From the IMG/VR virus record IMGVR_UViG_3300006141_000001: a stretch of 64,000 nt of DNA; one strand, written 5' to 3'. The notes beneath the pieces were generated by a model. That model ran no database searches and was not told the DNA's origin. It was given only the letters and a program-made list of their open reading frames with translations. Shown piece by piece: positions 39,196-49,700 of this stretch (within the stretch, counting starts at the first letter, position 1; every line of letters starts with the position of its first letter). A program made the position numbers and the translations under genes. Source of the DNA: a virus.

Positions 39196-39612
39196 TTATT
39201 TATAAACTAAAATTTCAATGTCTGTGTCTATAAAAACATCTTCAATGGCATTGATTACATCACTCCAAGATTTTCCGTCTGGAAATAAAGAGATTTTTGG
39301 GAAAGCAATTTTATTGATCTTATGCTCTTCGCAAGCATCTCTTAAATTATGCAAGCATTCTTTAAATACTGGAGTTATTAACAATTCTTCATCAAAAGAC
39401 TTTTTTGTACCAATTAAATATAATAACTTGTCGTCTAAAATACAGTCTCCTATGTTTTTACCATTTTCAAAGATTATGTTGATGTCTGCTACTATGAATT
39501 TCACTTTATAATAATCAGCAGGAATATCTTTATTTAAAAAGGTTCTTTCTTTGTATGTCAATTTATCCCTCCTTGAGACATTGATATGATTGTGATTCCC
39601 ATCTTGCTCCAC
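39196..39612 (-). CDS. Degenerate TARG1-like macrodomain protein
   Basis: YLIGTKK...[22 protein letters not shown]...DGKSWSDV...[12 protein letters not shown] parallels the 42437 macrodomain; N-terminal motifs and GCG loop lost. Confidence 0.7.
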   Translation of the reverse strand: MEQDGNHNHINVSRRDKLTYKERTFLNKDIPADYYKVKFIVADINIIFENGKNIGDCILDDKLLYLIGTKKSFDEELLITPVFKECLHNLRDACEEHKINKIAFPKISLFPDGKSWSDVINAIEDVFIDTDIEILVYK

Positions 39613-39871
39613 AGGTTAGGCAGTTATAGCAATCGCTTCTTATAATTCTTCTTGGGAAGAAGCCCTCGTGCCATTCCAATAGCATCCCTTTCGATATGCC
39701 TTTAATCTCATTACCTTCTGTATAAATATATTTCGTTTCTCCACACTCAGGGCAAATATTGCAGCCTAAATTTGCATTTCTTCTCATAAATTTTGATATT
39801 TTCATATTGCTTATCACAGTCTTGTCTAGGTGTCCATTTGAACTATTATACTTTGTTTTACGTTTTCTCAT
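39563..39871 (-). CDS. Zinc-ribbon hypothetical protein
   Basis: CPECG...CLTCG. Confidence 0.7.
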   Translation of the reverse strand: MRKRKTKYNSSNGHLDKTVISNMKISKFMRRNANLGCNICPECGETKYIYTEGNEIKGISKGMLLEWHEGFFPRRIIRSDCYNCLTCGARWESQSYQCLKEG

Positions 39872-39885
39872 TTTAATCCACGTCC

Positions 39886-40161
39886 TTATTTCCTAGCTGC
39901 AAAACAATTATTATATTGATAAAGTAAGCCAGTCCGCATAAACTCTTTTATAATATCTCTAATATCTTCTTCAGAGAGAAATAGATTATATTGCTCTAGT
40001 TCATGAAGTAACTGGCTTTCTGTAAATATGTATTTTCTTTTCGAAAATATATGGTTATAAATAACAAATTGTATATTGTCTTTTACAGCGTTAGTATTTA
40101 TTTTGGAATATACCATAAAGTTTCCTTCCACACGTTTGGCAACGATATAATACAAATTCAC
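39886..40161 (-). CDS. Hypothetical protein (winged-helix-like)
   Basis: GGGAGG RBS, GTG start. Confidence 0.6.
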   Translation of the reverse strand: MNLYYIVAKRVEGNFMVYSKINTNAVKDNIQFVIYNHIFSKRKYIFTESQLLHELEQYNLFLSEEDIRDIIKEFMRTGLLYQYNNCFAARK

Positions 40162-40294
40162 TTAATTCCTCCCATTTACATCACAACGAATTACCACATT
40201 TCCCATTCCTAAACCTTGCTCTAGTCTACCATCAACTGTGTCGTATGACTTATAATTACACATACTACACATTGTGAAAAATTCTCCTATATTT

Positions 40295-40951
40295 CTACAT
40301 CATATTTTTAAACATATATAAAACTCTATCTACTGCTTCGAAAAACGGATTGTTATTACTCCAATCTTTTAAATTATCAATAGCTTCGGCTACTTCATCT
40401 CTTGTGTATTTTCTTTTAGATGTAATAAGCTCTGTTTCATCACATTTGGTGCGTTCATATAGACTCATGCCTTTATTCCCTTTATTCTTAATGATTTCAT
40501 AAATATAGCTGTCATGATAATTTCCTTTGCTATCCTTACAAACATCATGTAATACCACAACATTCCCATTATATTTATTAAGGAACTTATCGTAATGCTT
40601 TTTAACTGGATTTCCACTTACCATTCTCCATTCTATCCTATGATGAATTTCAACAAGTTCTTCTAATTTTTCATACAGGTCTTTTCCAATGATAGGATTT
40701 CCTTTATCAAATGAATATAGCCCAAAGTTATATACTGAATCAGCATTAGTATCTATCTGATATCCCAAATACCCTATAAGTTTTTTATGGGTATTTACAA
40801 CAGCATATTGATATAGACAATCCTCTGCGCTAATTTTTGGTAATCCATTAGCAGAACCATATCCTTGATAATAGAAATAGTTATCAGTATAAAGTTCTTT
40901 TGCAAATGCCTTCTCTATTTCTTCTTTATATAAAATTGCTGGTACTAACAT
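40295..40951 (-). CDS. Putative GNAT-fold protein, possibly fused to a downstream small gene
   Basis: AAAGGAGG RBS; KLIGYLGY...IEWRMVSGNP...HYDKF...YHDSYIYEI resembles RimJ/RimL-type GNAT. Confidence 0.5.
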   Translation of the reverse strand: MLVPAILYKEEIEKAFAKELYTDNYFYYQGYGSANGLPKISAEDCLYQYAVVNTHKKLIGYLGYQIDTNADSVYNFGLYSFDKGNPIIGKDLYEKLEELVEIHHRIEWRMVSGNPVKKHYDKFLNKYNGNVVVLHDVCKDSKGNYHDSYIYEIIKNKGNKGMSLYERTKCDETELITSKRKYTRDEVAEAIDNLKDWSNNNPFFEAVDRVLYMFKNMM

Positions 40952-41005
40952 CTTGCCTCCTTTCATTGCATTGAATCATAATATTTTCTAAATGAAACAG
41001 GTATT

Positions 41006-41197
41006 TCATCTTCTCGCATTCTTCTCATCCTCTATCATTTTTCTTAATCCTTCTAATGGAATTAGTTTTTGATATGGGTAAATAATATGATAATCCTCAC
41101 GGTTCCCACAGCTATTGCACTTATGAAGCTATAATAGCGGATTTCCACAATTAGGACATTCACATGCTTTTACAATATTTACTTTTTCGTCTATCAT
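41006..41197 (-). pseudogene. Zinc-ribbon gene with premature TAG
   Basis: CPNCGNPLL*LHKCNSCG; TAG at 41129-41131. Confidence 0.55.
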
Positions 41198-41200
41198 GAT

Positions 41201-42430
41201 TTACCTCAGTTCCACCAAGTACCGAATTGTACATTGTTCTTCTTTGTATACTATAATTTCGTCATTTCTTAACATATTACCTGCATGTGCATGTAAGCAA
41301 TTTGCCCCAGGACATGCACTTTGCAATCTTTCATAGTCAAAATTATAATATTTACTATTGAATGAATAGACATCGTATGGCTTGCCATAAGCAACTTCCA
41401 TTAAAGCCATAAAAGCTGAATTTGAATTTCCACCTGTCCAATATGCGCCTTCCAAAGAAGTATATCCTAGAGACTTTTGTGCTTTTGGTGCGTAATAAAT
41501 GCCATATCCGAACATTTTACCTGTTATGACAGCATTGGTTGGTTTTAAAACCAAACCTGTATTAATAATTGACCACCAGTTTTCATTCCTGCTTCCATGC
41601 CATAATAATTTTGTATTTTTGATACCTTCATTTACCACAAAATTTTCAAAACGTTCGCTTGTCCTCTTATTCTTGACTCTCCATGCTGAGTAAAACCTGT
41701 TAGAACAACTGCTCAACGAAGCTTTGATTTTAACAATATCGTCATTGTTACATTCAGAAAATTCCAGCCCCATTACATCCAATATTGTTGTAGGAATATG
41801 ATCTTCTTTATCTGAATCAATAGAGTCCTCCGTTTGTTTCTGGACAACCTGGCCTTTCATTACATCCAACAAATCCTGTTCGTCCGCAATTATTCGTGAG
41901 AAATCTTTATTAGATTTAGCGAGATAGTCTGATACATTCTTCATTTTACGTGGTATGACGGAAAATATATTTAACAATATTTCATTGAATTTTTCCGTGT
42001 TGCTCACGTCAACCAATTCTGCCAATAGATTCTGTGCCTCTTCTACCATTGCCTGAGTCACTTTATTTGAAGAAATTGTATAATTGTCAGAAATTGCTTT
42101 ACGTGCCATTTGTTGTAGCCGTTCTACAATATCTGCAATGGACTTATTTTCAATCTTTTTATATTTTGAGTTTTCAGTATTTCCTTTTTCAACTTGGATC
42201 AAATCTTGGGCTAATCCACTCTGATCTATATACCCTTTTTTAATTTTCTCATTATATTTCTTTTCCCATTGGCTTATGGGATACTCCCTCCTTTGGCATG
42301 AACTGCCGATCCTTCCGTATTCGGCAGTCCATTTATCTCCATGAGGTGTCATATTGTAATACTTATTATTGTTTGCTGTTGCCGTTACCATAATAAGATG
42401 TTTTGGTGTAATTTCTACGCTAATATTCAA
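41201..42430 (-). CDS. Poly(ADP-ribose) polymerase-like protein: WGR + helical regulatory + catalytic domain
   Basis: NNNKYY...YGRIG (WGR); IFSVIPR (regulatory); LLWHGSR...TGKMFGYGIYYA...KSLGY...NDEIIVY (H-Y-E triad as in PARP1). Confidence 0.93.
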   Translation of the reverse strand: MNISVEITPKHLIMVTATANNNKYYNMTPHGDKWTAEYGRIGSSCQRREYPISQWEKKYNEKIKKGYIDQSGLAQDLIQVEKGNTENSKYKKIENKSIADIVERLQQMARKAISDNYTISSNKVTQAMVEEAQNLLAELVDVSNTEKFNEILLNIFSVIPRKMKNVSDYLAKSNKDFSRIIADEQDLLDVMKGQVVQKQTEDSIDSDKEDHIPTTILDVMGLEFSECNNDDIVKIKASLSSCSNRFYSAWRVKNKRTSERFENFVVNEGIKNTKLLWHGSRNENWWSIINTGLVLKPTNAVITGKMFGYGIYYAPKAQKSLGYTSLEGAYWTGGNSNSAFMALMEVAYGKPYDVYSFNSKYYNFDYERLQSACPGANCLHAHAGNMLRNDEIIVYKEEQCTIRYLVELR

Positions 42431-42436
42431 TCCCCC

Positions 42437-42883
42437 CTATAACGTACAGATTAAAATCTCAATATCTGTATTTTCAAACACTTCTTCAATGATATCCTTC
42501 ACCTTATCCCATTCTAATTTATCGTGTCCACATCCAATCTTGGGCATTGCTACTTTTTTAATATATTTTTCCTCCATAATATCTCTCATGTATTCCAGAG
42601 CAGACTTAAGCCTTTTATATTTTGCTTTTTTCCACGGATATTTTTTTGTGATAAGATTAAATACGTTGTCCACAACAAGTGCCATCCCAAGATAAAGCCT
42701 ATCCTTTCCCTCATAATCGTCATATCTGCCATAGCTGTTATGTAATTTATTTTTCATATCATAGACTTCATCCATTTTCTTAGCCACGCCAGCACCTAAA
42801 GAAAAATCTCCTGTAATGCAGTGTGCTAAATAATAACCCTGTGGTACGTTGAATAAATCCATTTTTTGTTCTTTAATTGTCAT
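42437..42883 (-). CDS. TARG1/OARD1-like macrodomain ADP-ribosyl hydrolase
   Basis: MDLF...LAHCITGDFSLGAGVA...FNLITKK...AMPKIGCGHDKLEW. Confidence 0.92.
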   Translation of the reverse strand: MTIKEQKMDLFNVPQGYYLAHCITGDFSLGAGVAKKMDEVYDMKNKLHNSYGRYDDYEGKDRLYLGMALVVDNVFNLITKKYPWKKAKYKRLKSALEYMRDIMEEKYIKKVAMPKIGCGHDKLEWDKVKDIIEEVFENTDIEILICTL

Positions 42884-43065
42884 ATTGTTTTTTTCTCCTT
42901 TTCTTTGATATATTTTTCTAATGCTTCACATGCAAGCAAACACGCTTTATTGACTGCTTCTAATTTTGCATCACACCCATTAAACCCACTAAAATATTCT
43001 ATTTTTGCAAGTGCTTCCATTGTCGTGTCTGGATGCAATATTTCTTTGGCTTCTTCATATGTCAT
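42880..43065 (-). CDS. Hypothetical protein
   Basis: 61 aa; stop overlaps the macrodomain start. Confidence 0.7.
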   Translation of the reverse strand: MTYEEAKEILHPDTTMEALAKIEYFSGFNGCDAKLEAVNKACLLACEALEKYIKEKEKKTI

Positions 43066-43235
43066 ACCAGTTTCTCCATTTCATACTTTTACCTGATGTA
43101 ATTACAGAGATGGTTCATTGCATCAATAATATGCCGATCTTTTGACAAAACTGGGTGCAGGATACAATCACAGGATCCTTTTGCCCCATACTTTTTATAC
43201 TTTAGTAATGAGATTTTTTGTAAATTCTTAGTCAA
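43062..43235 (-). pseudogene. Small gene with premature TAA
   Basis: ...NHLCNYIR*KYEMEKLV*; final TGA overlaps the next ATG (ATGA coupling). Confidence 0.45.
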
Positions 43236-43251
43236 TAATCTCGTAATCGGT

Positions 43252-43587
43252 TTAATCATATTCTACTTGTAACCTATAAGCCCTTTCTACTTGAACAATA
43301 TCATCAAGATTACACCCATGCTTGCACATGAAATGAATAAGTTCTTCTTTTGAAGGTTCGTGTGTAAATATCTTTTCTGCAACGAATTCAAGTTCAGAAT
43401 CTTTATCCCGACTTCCAAAACTGTGCTTATTCATATCTTTTTGGCATGTTGCAATCCATACATCTTCCAGATAAACTCCATCCGATATCACTGTTACCAC
43501 ATCTACGCAGGGAATGTATTCATTCTCGTAATCTATTGAACTATCATCTACTGGCAATACTTTTCCAGACCTGCATACTATTTTCAT
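43252..43587 (-). CDS. Hypothetical protein
   Basis: GGAGG RBS, 111 aa. Confidence 0.75.
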   Translation of the reverse strand: MKIVCRSGKVLPVDDSSIDYENEYIPCVDVVTVISDGVYLEDVWIATCQKDMNKHSFGSRDKDSELEFVAEKIFTHEPSKEELIHFMCKHGCNLDDIVQVERAYRLQVEYD

Positions 43588-43596
43588 GTCAGCCTC

Positions 43597-44340
43597 CTAT
43601 AATTGGGTTAATAATGTTTTAACTGGCTCCTTATGCATATTTGCCTTTGCCCATGCTATATAGCCTGGGTCAATCTTCGCCACATCAATCAGTTTTTCGC
43701 CGTTATATTTGCCAAAATCAAATACATAGTCTTCCAATTTTGGTTCAAATTCCTTAAGGGTTTCATATACTTTATCAGGATATGTCATATCAAGATTGTT
43801 TCTGCTGGCTAAATAATCACATAAATGGACTAAAAACTGCTCATTGTTCTCTGGTTTCGGCAAGACTACTTTACTCCTATTGGAACTACACCATTGCCCG
43901 CTATGGCTTTCACATAATCCTGCAATATATTCTTTTGTATCTTTGTCAATATCATGTTCTACGCTTGTATTCCTAACCCACTCTCCTGCAAGGATTGGAT
44001 GGTTATGCACTGTATATTGTGAACCATTTAAGCCACATTTGATTGCATCATGGAAGATTGACGTACATCGCAAACAGTCTCTTTTCTTTGCATCTGGGAT
44101 CTTTTCAGTAGCATATTCTAGCCCCAAAATATAGTTCATGATTTCTCCAAACATGAGGATATGTAATATCTGGCCATGGGAGCCGCATTGTGTCTTGTTG
44201 TGGTATTTAAGGCTTGTACTACTTGGAATTGTGAAAATATAATCTGGAATATTCTCTATCATATCTTCGCAATATCTCTTCATATCTTCTGTTTCAAACT
44301 TGCATAAGATTGGTTCGAAAATTTTAATTTTATTTATCAT
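43597..44340 (-). CDS. HD-domain phosphohydrolase with C-terminal FGKYxG domain
   Basis: PSSTSLKYH, H...FHDAIK, HP, HSGQW, VHLCDYLAS; FDFGKYNG...DPGYIAW. Confidence 0.85.
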   Translation of the reverse strand: MINKIKIFEPILCKFETEDMKRYCEDMIENIPDYIFTIPSSTSLKYHNKTQCGSHGQILHILMFGEIMNYILGLEYATEKIPDAKKRDCLRCTSIFHDAIKCGLNGSQYTVHNHPILAGEWVRNTSVEHDIDKDTKEYIAGLCESHSGQWCSSNRSKVVLPKPENNEQFLVHLCDYLASRNNLDMTYPDKVYETLKEFEPKLEDYVFDFGKYNGEKLIDVAKIDPGYIAWAKANMHKEPVKTLLTQL

Positions 44341-44386
44341 TTTTCCCCTTTACAATAATTCTTTTTGCTTGAAATTATGGCGTTTG

Positions 44387-46735
44387 CTATTCACCATTCA
44401 CATCTTCATCTAACAACTCCACCAAAAACGTATTTTTATCAGTAATCCCACTGTTTAGTGCCGCATTAAACAATGCTGTATTTTGCGCCACTGTAGTACA
44501 GTCTTTTTCTGCTCGTGTCCATAAAGTGTATAAAAGTTCTTTTGTTCTCATATTAGGAGGTGTTGTATTATCAAAAGCACCGATAATTACCTTTGCAGAT
44601 GAACCTTGGTATTTATGTACAGTGGAAGCATACCCCAATACAACTCCACTTTTTAAATCATTTGTGCCAAATACCATAGTATCATCAATCATTGGGATAT
44701 AGATTTTATGGAACCCAGTTTGTGTATCTACTTCTTTTAAGATCCCGCACCATCCGTTGAACACACCTTTCTTATTTTTCCCACAGATTTTATAGTTATT
44801 TTTAATGCACATTACTTTATCCCCTTCGCGAAGAAAATAGCTTTTATCTTTCCCTATGCTTATCTCAATTTCGTTCTTGTTTGGGCTGTAAGGGTTTACA
44901 TATTCTTGGATATCTAAATTTAAGTTAAATACGCTTGCGTCCCCTCTTTCTTTACAAGGTGCTAAAATTTGGATGTCCATGATATCTTTAACCAAATCGC
45001 TTTCATATTTTTCTTTAAAGCATTTTATAGCACGCTGTCTTGTTGTATTGCCTGTATCACTGATGTTAAAATGCATGTCCTGCAATTCACCAATTGTTTT
45101 TTCCCCTATAAATTTCTTCTCTAAAACAGGCTTCCCCATTCTAATTTGTTGGGACGCGACAATGATTCCTGATTTTTTTGCCTGTCTATGTATTTTTGTC
45201 AATTCAATGGTTGTAACGAACTTGCTGTTATACATGTCAAATGCCAAATTCATGCATCCGATAGATTCCAATTGACCCATATCTCCCAGAATGATCAATT
45301 TTGACCCATCTGGAATGGCTTTTATTAATGATAGGAATATTTCTCCTCCAACCAGAGAAACTTCATCAAGAATAATAATATCGTATGGCAATGGATTCTT
45401 CTCATCAAACTCAAACCCTATATTTGGTTGGTATTTCAACAGCCTATGAATTGTAAAGCCTTCTTCGCCTGTTACTTCTTGTAATCTTGCAGAAGCTTTT
45501 CCTGCCAAAGCAGTCTGGGCGAAACTGTAATTCTTTAAAGATTCAAGGATACCAGATACAAGACTTGATTTTCCAGTCCCTGCTCCTCCAGTGATAAAAC
45601 ATACCTGATTATCCAAACCAAGTTTAATGCCTTTTTTCTGCTCTTCTGTAAATTCCCATCCCTGTTTATCTTCTTGCGTTTTCAGTATTTGCTCCCAATC
45701 TTCATAGTTAAAATTATTCTTTGCGTTGGCAATCCTTTTTAAATGCTTTGCTATATCTTTTTCTAAATCGTAATATTTTTTTAAATAGACCCTACGTTGA
45801 GATTTATTTTCCGCTTCTTCTACGACAATAACGCCTTTTTGCTGTAATTGCTCAATAGCTGCTCCTATATTATTGCCAGTTATATCACCATTTTTATCTA
45901 GGTATACTTCTAAGATATGTTCTTTTCCAGCAAACTCTTCAAATATATAAGCTGTCAATTCACCCGATGTAATGAATGAATTTCCGTTTTCTGCTAAATT
46001 GTGGAGCAGATAATGGATATATCCCTTAATCCTTTCTGGTGATGTCTTACTGATGCCGCTTTCCAAAGCGATATTATCTGCCGTCTTAAAACCAACCCCA
46101 TCTATATCAAAACTTAGCTTGTACGGATTATTTTTAACTGTCTCTATGACCTTATGGGGATTTTTATATTTTTTAATTAGTTTTTGGATAAATTTAGGGG
46201 TCAGCCCATATCCATCCAATTCTAAATAAACCTCACAATTGTCTTTATTATTCTCAAAACGTTCAATGATGCAATTGGCAATATAATCACCTATTCCATT
46301 CACCTTTTTAAGTGCCTCTATATCATGTGCCTCTATAGAAGCCAATGGGTTGTCTAAAACTTTGAACATTTCTGAAACCTGTTTGTCTGTCAAGAAACTT
46401 TTTAAGAAGGCTTTCTGGTTATTTGTGTTGGATAAGTCAATCAACTCCCCTATGAATATCAGCTCATATTGCGTCCCTCGCTGTTCATCGTATATTTCTT
46501 TTGCAATGATTGTGTAATCTATCCTAGGATTAATTTCTTCTTCATAATTGCCTTTTATTACTAAGTTTCCCCAGTTATCTGTCTGTATTTCTCCTTCCAA
46601 AACTGCCATAGGATACCAACTGACAATCCCAAATATATTGTCCCCTTTCCCCAATATCTCAGGATATTTAGGGAAAAGGATCTTGCTCAGCCTTGCTTCT
46701 ATTTTAATAATATTGTTGCTTGTCATCTTCACCAA
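44387..46735 (-). CDS. recD2: RecD2-like SF1B helicase
   Basis: HhH N-terminus, GGAGTGKS, TIHRLL, LDEVS, GDMGQL, HRQA, YASTVHKYQGS; start may be ATG 46726. Confidence 0.93.
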   Translation of the reverse strand: MVKMTSNNIIKIEARLSKILFPKYPEILGKGDNIFGIVSWYPMAVLEGEIQTDNWGNLVIKGNYEEEINPRIDYTIIAKEIYDEQRGTQYELIFIGELIDLSNTNNQKAFLKSFLTDKQVSEMFKVLDNPLASIEAHDIEALKKVNGIGDYIANCIIERFENNKDNCEVYLELDGYGLTPKFIQKLIKKYKNPHKVIETVKNNPYKLSFDIDGVGFKTADNIALESGISKTSPERIKGYIHYLLHNLAENGNSFITSGELTAYIFEEFAGKEHILEVYLDKNGDITGNNIGAAIEQLQQKGVIVVEEAENKSQRRVYLKKYYDLEKDIAKHLKRIANAKNNFNYEDWEQILKTQEDKQGWEFTEEQKKGIKLGLDNQVCFITGGAGTGKSSLVSGILESLKNYSFAQTALAGKASARLQEVTGEEGFTIHRLLKYQPNIGFEFDEKNPLPYDIIILDEVSLVGGEIFLSLIKAIPDGSKLIILGDMGQLESIGCMNLAFDMYNSKFVTTIELTKIHRQAKKSGIIVASQQIRMGKPVLEKKFIGEKTIGELQDMHFNISDTGNTTRQRAIKCFKEKYESDLVKDIMDIQILAPCKERGDASVFNLNLDIQEYVNPYSPNKNEIEISIGKDKSYFLREGDKVMCIKNNYKICGKNKKGVFNGWCGILKEVDTQTGFHKIYIPMIDDTMVFGTNDLKSGVVLGYASTVHKYQGSSAKVIIGAFDNTTPPNMRTKELLYTLWTRAEKDCTTVAQNTALFNAALNSGITDKNTFLVELLDEDVNGE

Positions 46736-49700
46736 CTCTTTCTGACTGCAATTTTAAATTACCGTCTTCATCAATATCTGTTATCAGCTGAAGCGTATGT
46801 CTATACGCAGAATCTACATATTTTTTAGGCACAAACTGATCGCCCCTCCGATATCCAGTAATTAAAAGTTTATTCCCTCTTCTGAACCAAGATTTTTCTT
46901 TTATAACTTTAGATCCTGTTTCTTCATTTTTTTCAGAAATTTGTTTATCATAAAACCCAAATTGTCCTTTATAAAACTTTATGCCAACAACGCCCGAAGG
47001 CGTGAGCAATGTAACAGTGTGTTTATTTTTGTCTTTGTCCAAAACGGTTCCGCATATTCTTGTCAATTTAAACCTAGGTCTTTCTTTTCCTCTGTACATA
47101 TAGTATTCTGAAACTTCTGGCAGTTCTGGCAGCTCACTGAATTCAGATATTAAGTATTTTTCTTTATCTATATGCAACAGTTCATGTTCATGGTAATAAA
47201 AATTTAATGAGTCCATTTCCCATTTTGAAATAGTTTCTCCTGCTTTTTCTTCCCATTTTTCAGTAAATCTTTTCTCATTTACAGCATCTAAATATTTTTT
47301 ATTCTGAAGCACGCCTTCTTTGAAGGAGGCCATTAATTTATTATATTCTCTGTCAAGGCTTCCTCTTTTTACAATAATGTAGCCGTCATCGGCGTAATCA
47401 TAGTCTTTTCCCTCTTCCATGTTTGTTTCGAAATATTTGTAAAAGAAAGGTTCTGAATACTGTCTTTCTAACCTATAATAAAAAGTATTCGGTGATTTCC
47501 CTCGTTTTTCTGCTAAAAATTGGTTATTGTATATGTACTTTCTAAAACTATATAGCCTATACTCGTATTGCTTTTGGTTTTCTGATAATAATCCCATAAC
47601 ATTTAGCGTTTCAATGTCGTCCATCCTGAGAGAAGTGAGTGGCTTAGATATCTTCCGTATATAATCTTTCATAATTTCTATCCTATTTTTCCCTTCAAGT
47701 TGGTCAAAACTGCCTGCTTTAATTAAAGTAATTACTGCACTTTCACCAAACTTATTCTCCTTGTCATTCTTTTTAGATTCTTCTATTTTAGACAAAAAAT
47801 CATCTAAACTTACATACGGCTGGTTTTCAATGATCATCTCTGCTTCTTTGTCGCCAATATCAGAAATACCTTTTAACCCAAAAATAATTTCATTTGTCTC
47901 AATATCTGGTTCAAAGCCAAATTTAGCCTTATTTATATCTGGCAATTCTATTTTTTGCCCCTTTGCCTGGATTTCGCCAATGGCTTTTGCAATTTTCCCA
48001 TAGTTAGTTGTTTTGTTATTTTCATTGTTCTCGTCTGCACCTGCGTTGACAGTCAGGCAGGCCGTGTTCCAAAAAATACGGTTATAATGGTATGCTAAGT
48101 TCATTTCCTGTAAGCAGATTCCTGAATATGGGAAGGTATGGTTTTGGGAGAAAGAATAGCCAAAACTTTTCTTAAACTGCACATACCATACATAATTCAA
48201 TAGTTTCTCACTTGTCTCTAATTTTCTTCCTTTTTCAAAAAATAGGTTTTTGGCTTTTTCAAGCACATCGGCTTTCTTTTTCGCAATAGACTTACGTATC
48301 ATGTTTGCTTCCGCAACATTGAACCCTGCTATATGGTTGTCCATAGATAATCTCATTACAACTTCCTGTGTTTCTGCGACACCATAAACAGGCAATAAAT
48401 ATGGCTCCAATGTTTTTATCTCGCTTTCAGAAAGCCCATAATCCCTCATTTCTTTATACCAAAGAGAAATATCGTTTTTATATTTAATGTATGTGTCGAT
48501 GGGCGACTCATCCCCTTGTTCTGGCATAAGTCTCATAAGAGAGTTTGCCGTTGCAAGTTCTGGCAATGTATGTGGCTTGACCTTTTTAGCTGCTTGCGCC
48601 CCTGTAGGAGTGTCAAACTGGAAAGCGTCAATAATCTCGTTATTTCCAACCAAATCCCACATTTCTTTTGTATCATAATCCAAAACATCTGGATGGATAT
48701 ATTTATCATATGTGGCTTTTATGCTTCCTTGGTCTTGTAAAATACCTTTTTTGATAAGTAAATCTATGCATTTATGCTGTTTGTCCAATCCAAGAATGGT
48801 CAAGCAATCAAATTTTAACGCGCCACACCAATCCGAATCATGCATATTATAGGCTGTAATATCTGTGCCATTTGGTGCTTTCATCCGGCTGTTGTGTTCA
48901 ATGTAACCATTGTCAAAAATATAAACTGCCGATGCGTGGATAGAGCGTCCACATACTAACCCCTCACTTAACAGCATAATTTCTTTCAGCCCGTCATACT
49001 TTTTTACTGTATTGATAAACTCTGTTATGGGCGGCCTGTTTTTCTCTTTATTCCCTTCAAAGCAATCTTTTAGTGACCAATTAGACCCGCGCTCAAACGG
49101 GATCATGTCAGCAATTGTCTGGGCTGTGTCGTTGTCCAGCCCCCACCCCCTGCAGGCGGTGAGAGTACAGTTTTTTGTACCCTCCGTTTTAAGAGTCAAG
49201 GTATTTAATACATTATCATGCCCGAAATATTCCTTCATCAATGAGAATATTTCTTGTCTTTTTGCTGATTCTGAATCTACGTCAATATCGGGCAGCTCCG
49301 GCCTTTCTGCATTCAGGTGTCGCCAATGTGGTAAGTTATATTTCATAGGGTTCATCTGCGTAATGCCAATAGCATATGCCATTAAAAACCCAGTCACTGA
49401 CCCCCTGGCAATTCCTACATAAGAAACTTTCCACATTATTTCAATGATTATATTCCTTACGAGTACATAATAAGTAGCCAATCGCATATGTATTTTTTCC
49501 GAAATTTCCCATACTTCCCCTAATTCTGTGTTCAATCTTTCTACTACTGATTTGACAAGACGTATCTTTCTTTCTTTTACTGCCTGTTCAATCATATATA
49601 GAAGATATCTTTCCTGCTCATCTTCACTTTCTGCAAACTTTTTAATATATGAATAGCTTCCATACCATTCTTTAAAAATATGCCCTAAATTAAATTTTGG

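Noticed and set aside
20330-43235. Stop-codon reassignment as the explanation for in-frame stops
   Set aside because: The internal stops are mixed (TAA, TAG, TAA), long genes are intact in code 11, and all three stops terminate normal genes
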